In this document: piece after piece, positions 63,526-64,000 of the stretch | How positions within the stretch are numbered: the first letter of the stretch is position 1 | Layout: every line of letters starts with the position of its first letter | Sequence record: OR545507.1 | Length of the DNA: 64,000 nt | Reading direction: 5' to 3' (one strand) | Position numbers and translations under genes: made by a program | The notes under the pieces: model-generated | What the model saw: only the letters and a program-made list of their open reading frames with translations | What the model was told of the DNA's origin: nothing | Database searches by the model: none

Positions 63526-64000
63526 TTATTTCAAAGAATCATAGTAAGCAGTGTCAAAGATTGGAGTCATAATAACATAGTCAATACGGTCAATGTAAGT
63601 TGAACTCCACATTTCTGGTTTGTCATATAACTGACGCTCGCGTTCATTCATACGAGTCAGTACTTCTTCCAATTTACTACGTGAATCCATCAATGTATTA
63701 CTCGAACCATAAGTGAAGTACTCAGTCCAATGATATTCATATTCAGTACTGATAGATTGAATAGTACCATCTTTGAAATGAGCTAAGGCATAACCTTTCT
63801 CTACAAAGTTATCAGGTGGAAGAACACCATCTGGATTAGTTTTCAATGCTTGTGCTAACTTTTCTTTAATTTCATTTAACGTGCATACTGAACGAATGTT
63901 CTTCAGGTTTGATACTTGAAAATCACTGTACTTTCCAAAGAAAAAGACACGCCAATCTTTAGGTTCATTATCAGATACGGTAGCATCAGGGTGATGGGCG
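63526..64000 (-). CDS. hypothetical protein, 5' end outside window
   Basis: frame of 63526-63846 stays open to the window edge. Confidence 0.65.
   Translation of the reverse strand, partial: AHHPDATVSDNEPKDWRVFFFGKYSDFQVSNLKNIRSVCTLNEIKEKLAQALKTNPDGVLPPDNFVEKGYALAHFKDGTIQSISTEYEYHWTEYFTYGSSNTLMDSRSKLEEVLTRMNERERQLYDKPEMWSSTYIDRIDYVIMTPIFDTAYYDSLK

Noticed and set aside
411-63603. Antisense ORFs in the track (e.g. 18252-18719, 23922-24332, 35144-35443, 38553-38879, 45887-46213, 49738-50046)
   Set aside because: They shadow better-supported genes or repeat elements on the other strand, and lack RBSs or recognisable motifs.
1-64000. tRNA or rRNA genes
   Set aside because: No cloverleaf with T-loop/D-loop consensus or rRNA-like tract was found by eye. 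tRNAscan-SE would be decisive.

Overview
This window looks like part of a large, AT-rich lytic phage genome with an enterobacterial host. The evidence is sigma70 consensus promoters, E. coli-type Chi sites, a TraR/DksA homologue and denV. The architecture resembles my recollection of the GAP32/RaK2/PBECO4/121Q-like jumbo myophages, which is an inference and was not searched. Layout: (1) 1-9.3 kb, minus-strand hypothetical proteins, many sharing a short [DE][DE]xxFQxSLVxD motif. (2) 9.3-15.7 kb, 29 tandem small paralogues with a GTxxQE motif. (3) 15.9-34.8 kb, an early/host-takeover-like module of small genes, most with their own sigma70 promoter plus 5' stem-loop. It also holds a minimal kinase, a TraR/DksA protein, an H-NS-like protein, oriented Chi sites and two families of promoter-driven ORF-less structured elements. 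(4) 34.8-36.7 kb, non-coding DNA with iteron-like repeats and palindromes. (5) 36.7-40.7 kb, 17 MHKEYY-type small paralogues. (6) 40.8-55.3 kb, 13 plus-strand MLPF-leader genes, mostly RCC1/BLIP-II-like propellers, in repeated terminator-promoter cassettes; one is frameshifted and one is a remnant. (7) 55.3-64 kb, a membrane-protein array, an AAA+ ATPase, a homing-endonuclease-like gene, denV and a second minimal kinase. The palindrome AGTACT is heavily over-represented. The strongest candidates for an undescribed system are the 10-copy promoter-hairpin-CCCANNGGGTGC element (two convergent pairs, both with a 45-nt gap), the AGTACT iteration, and the paralogue arrays with their shared motifs. 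No tRNA, rRNA, CRISPR array, integrase or reverse transcriptase was seen.
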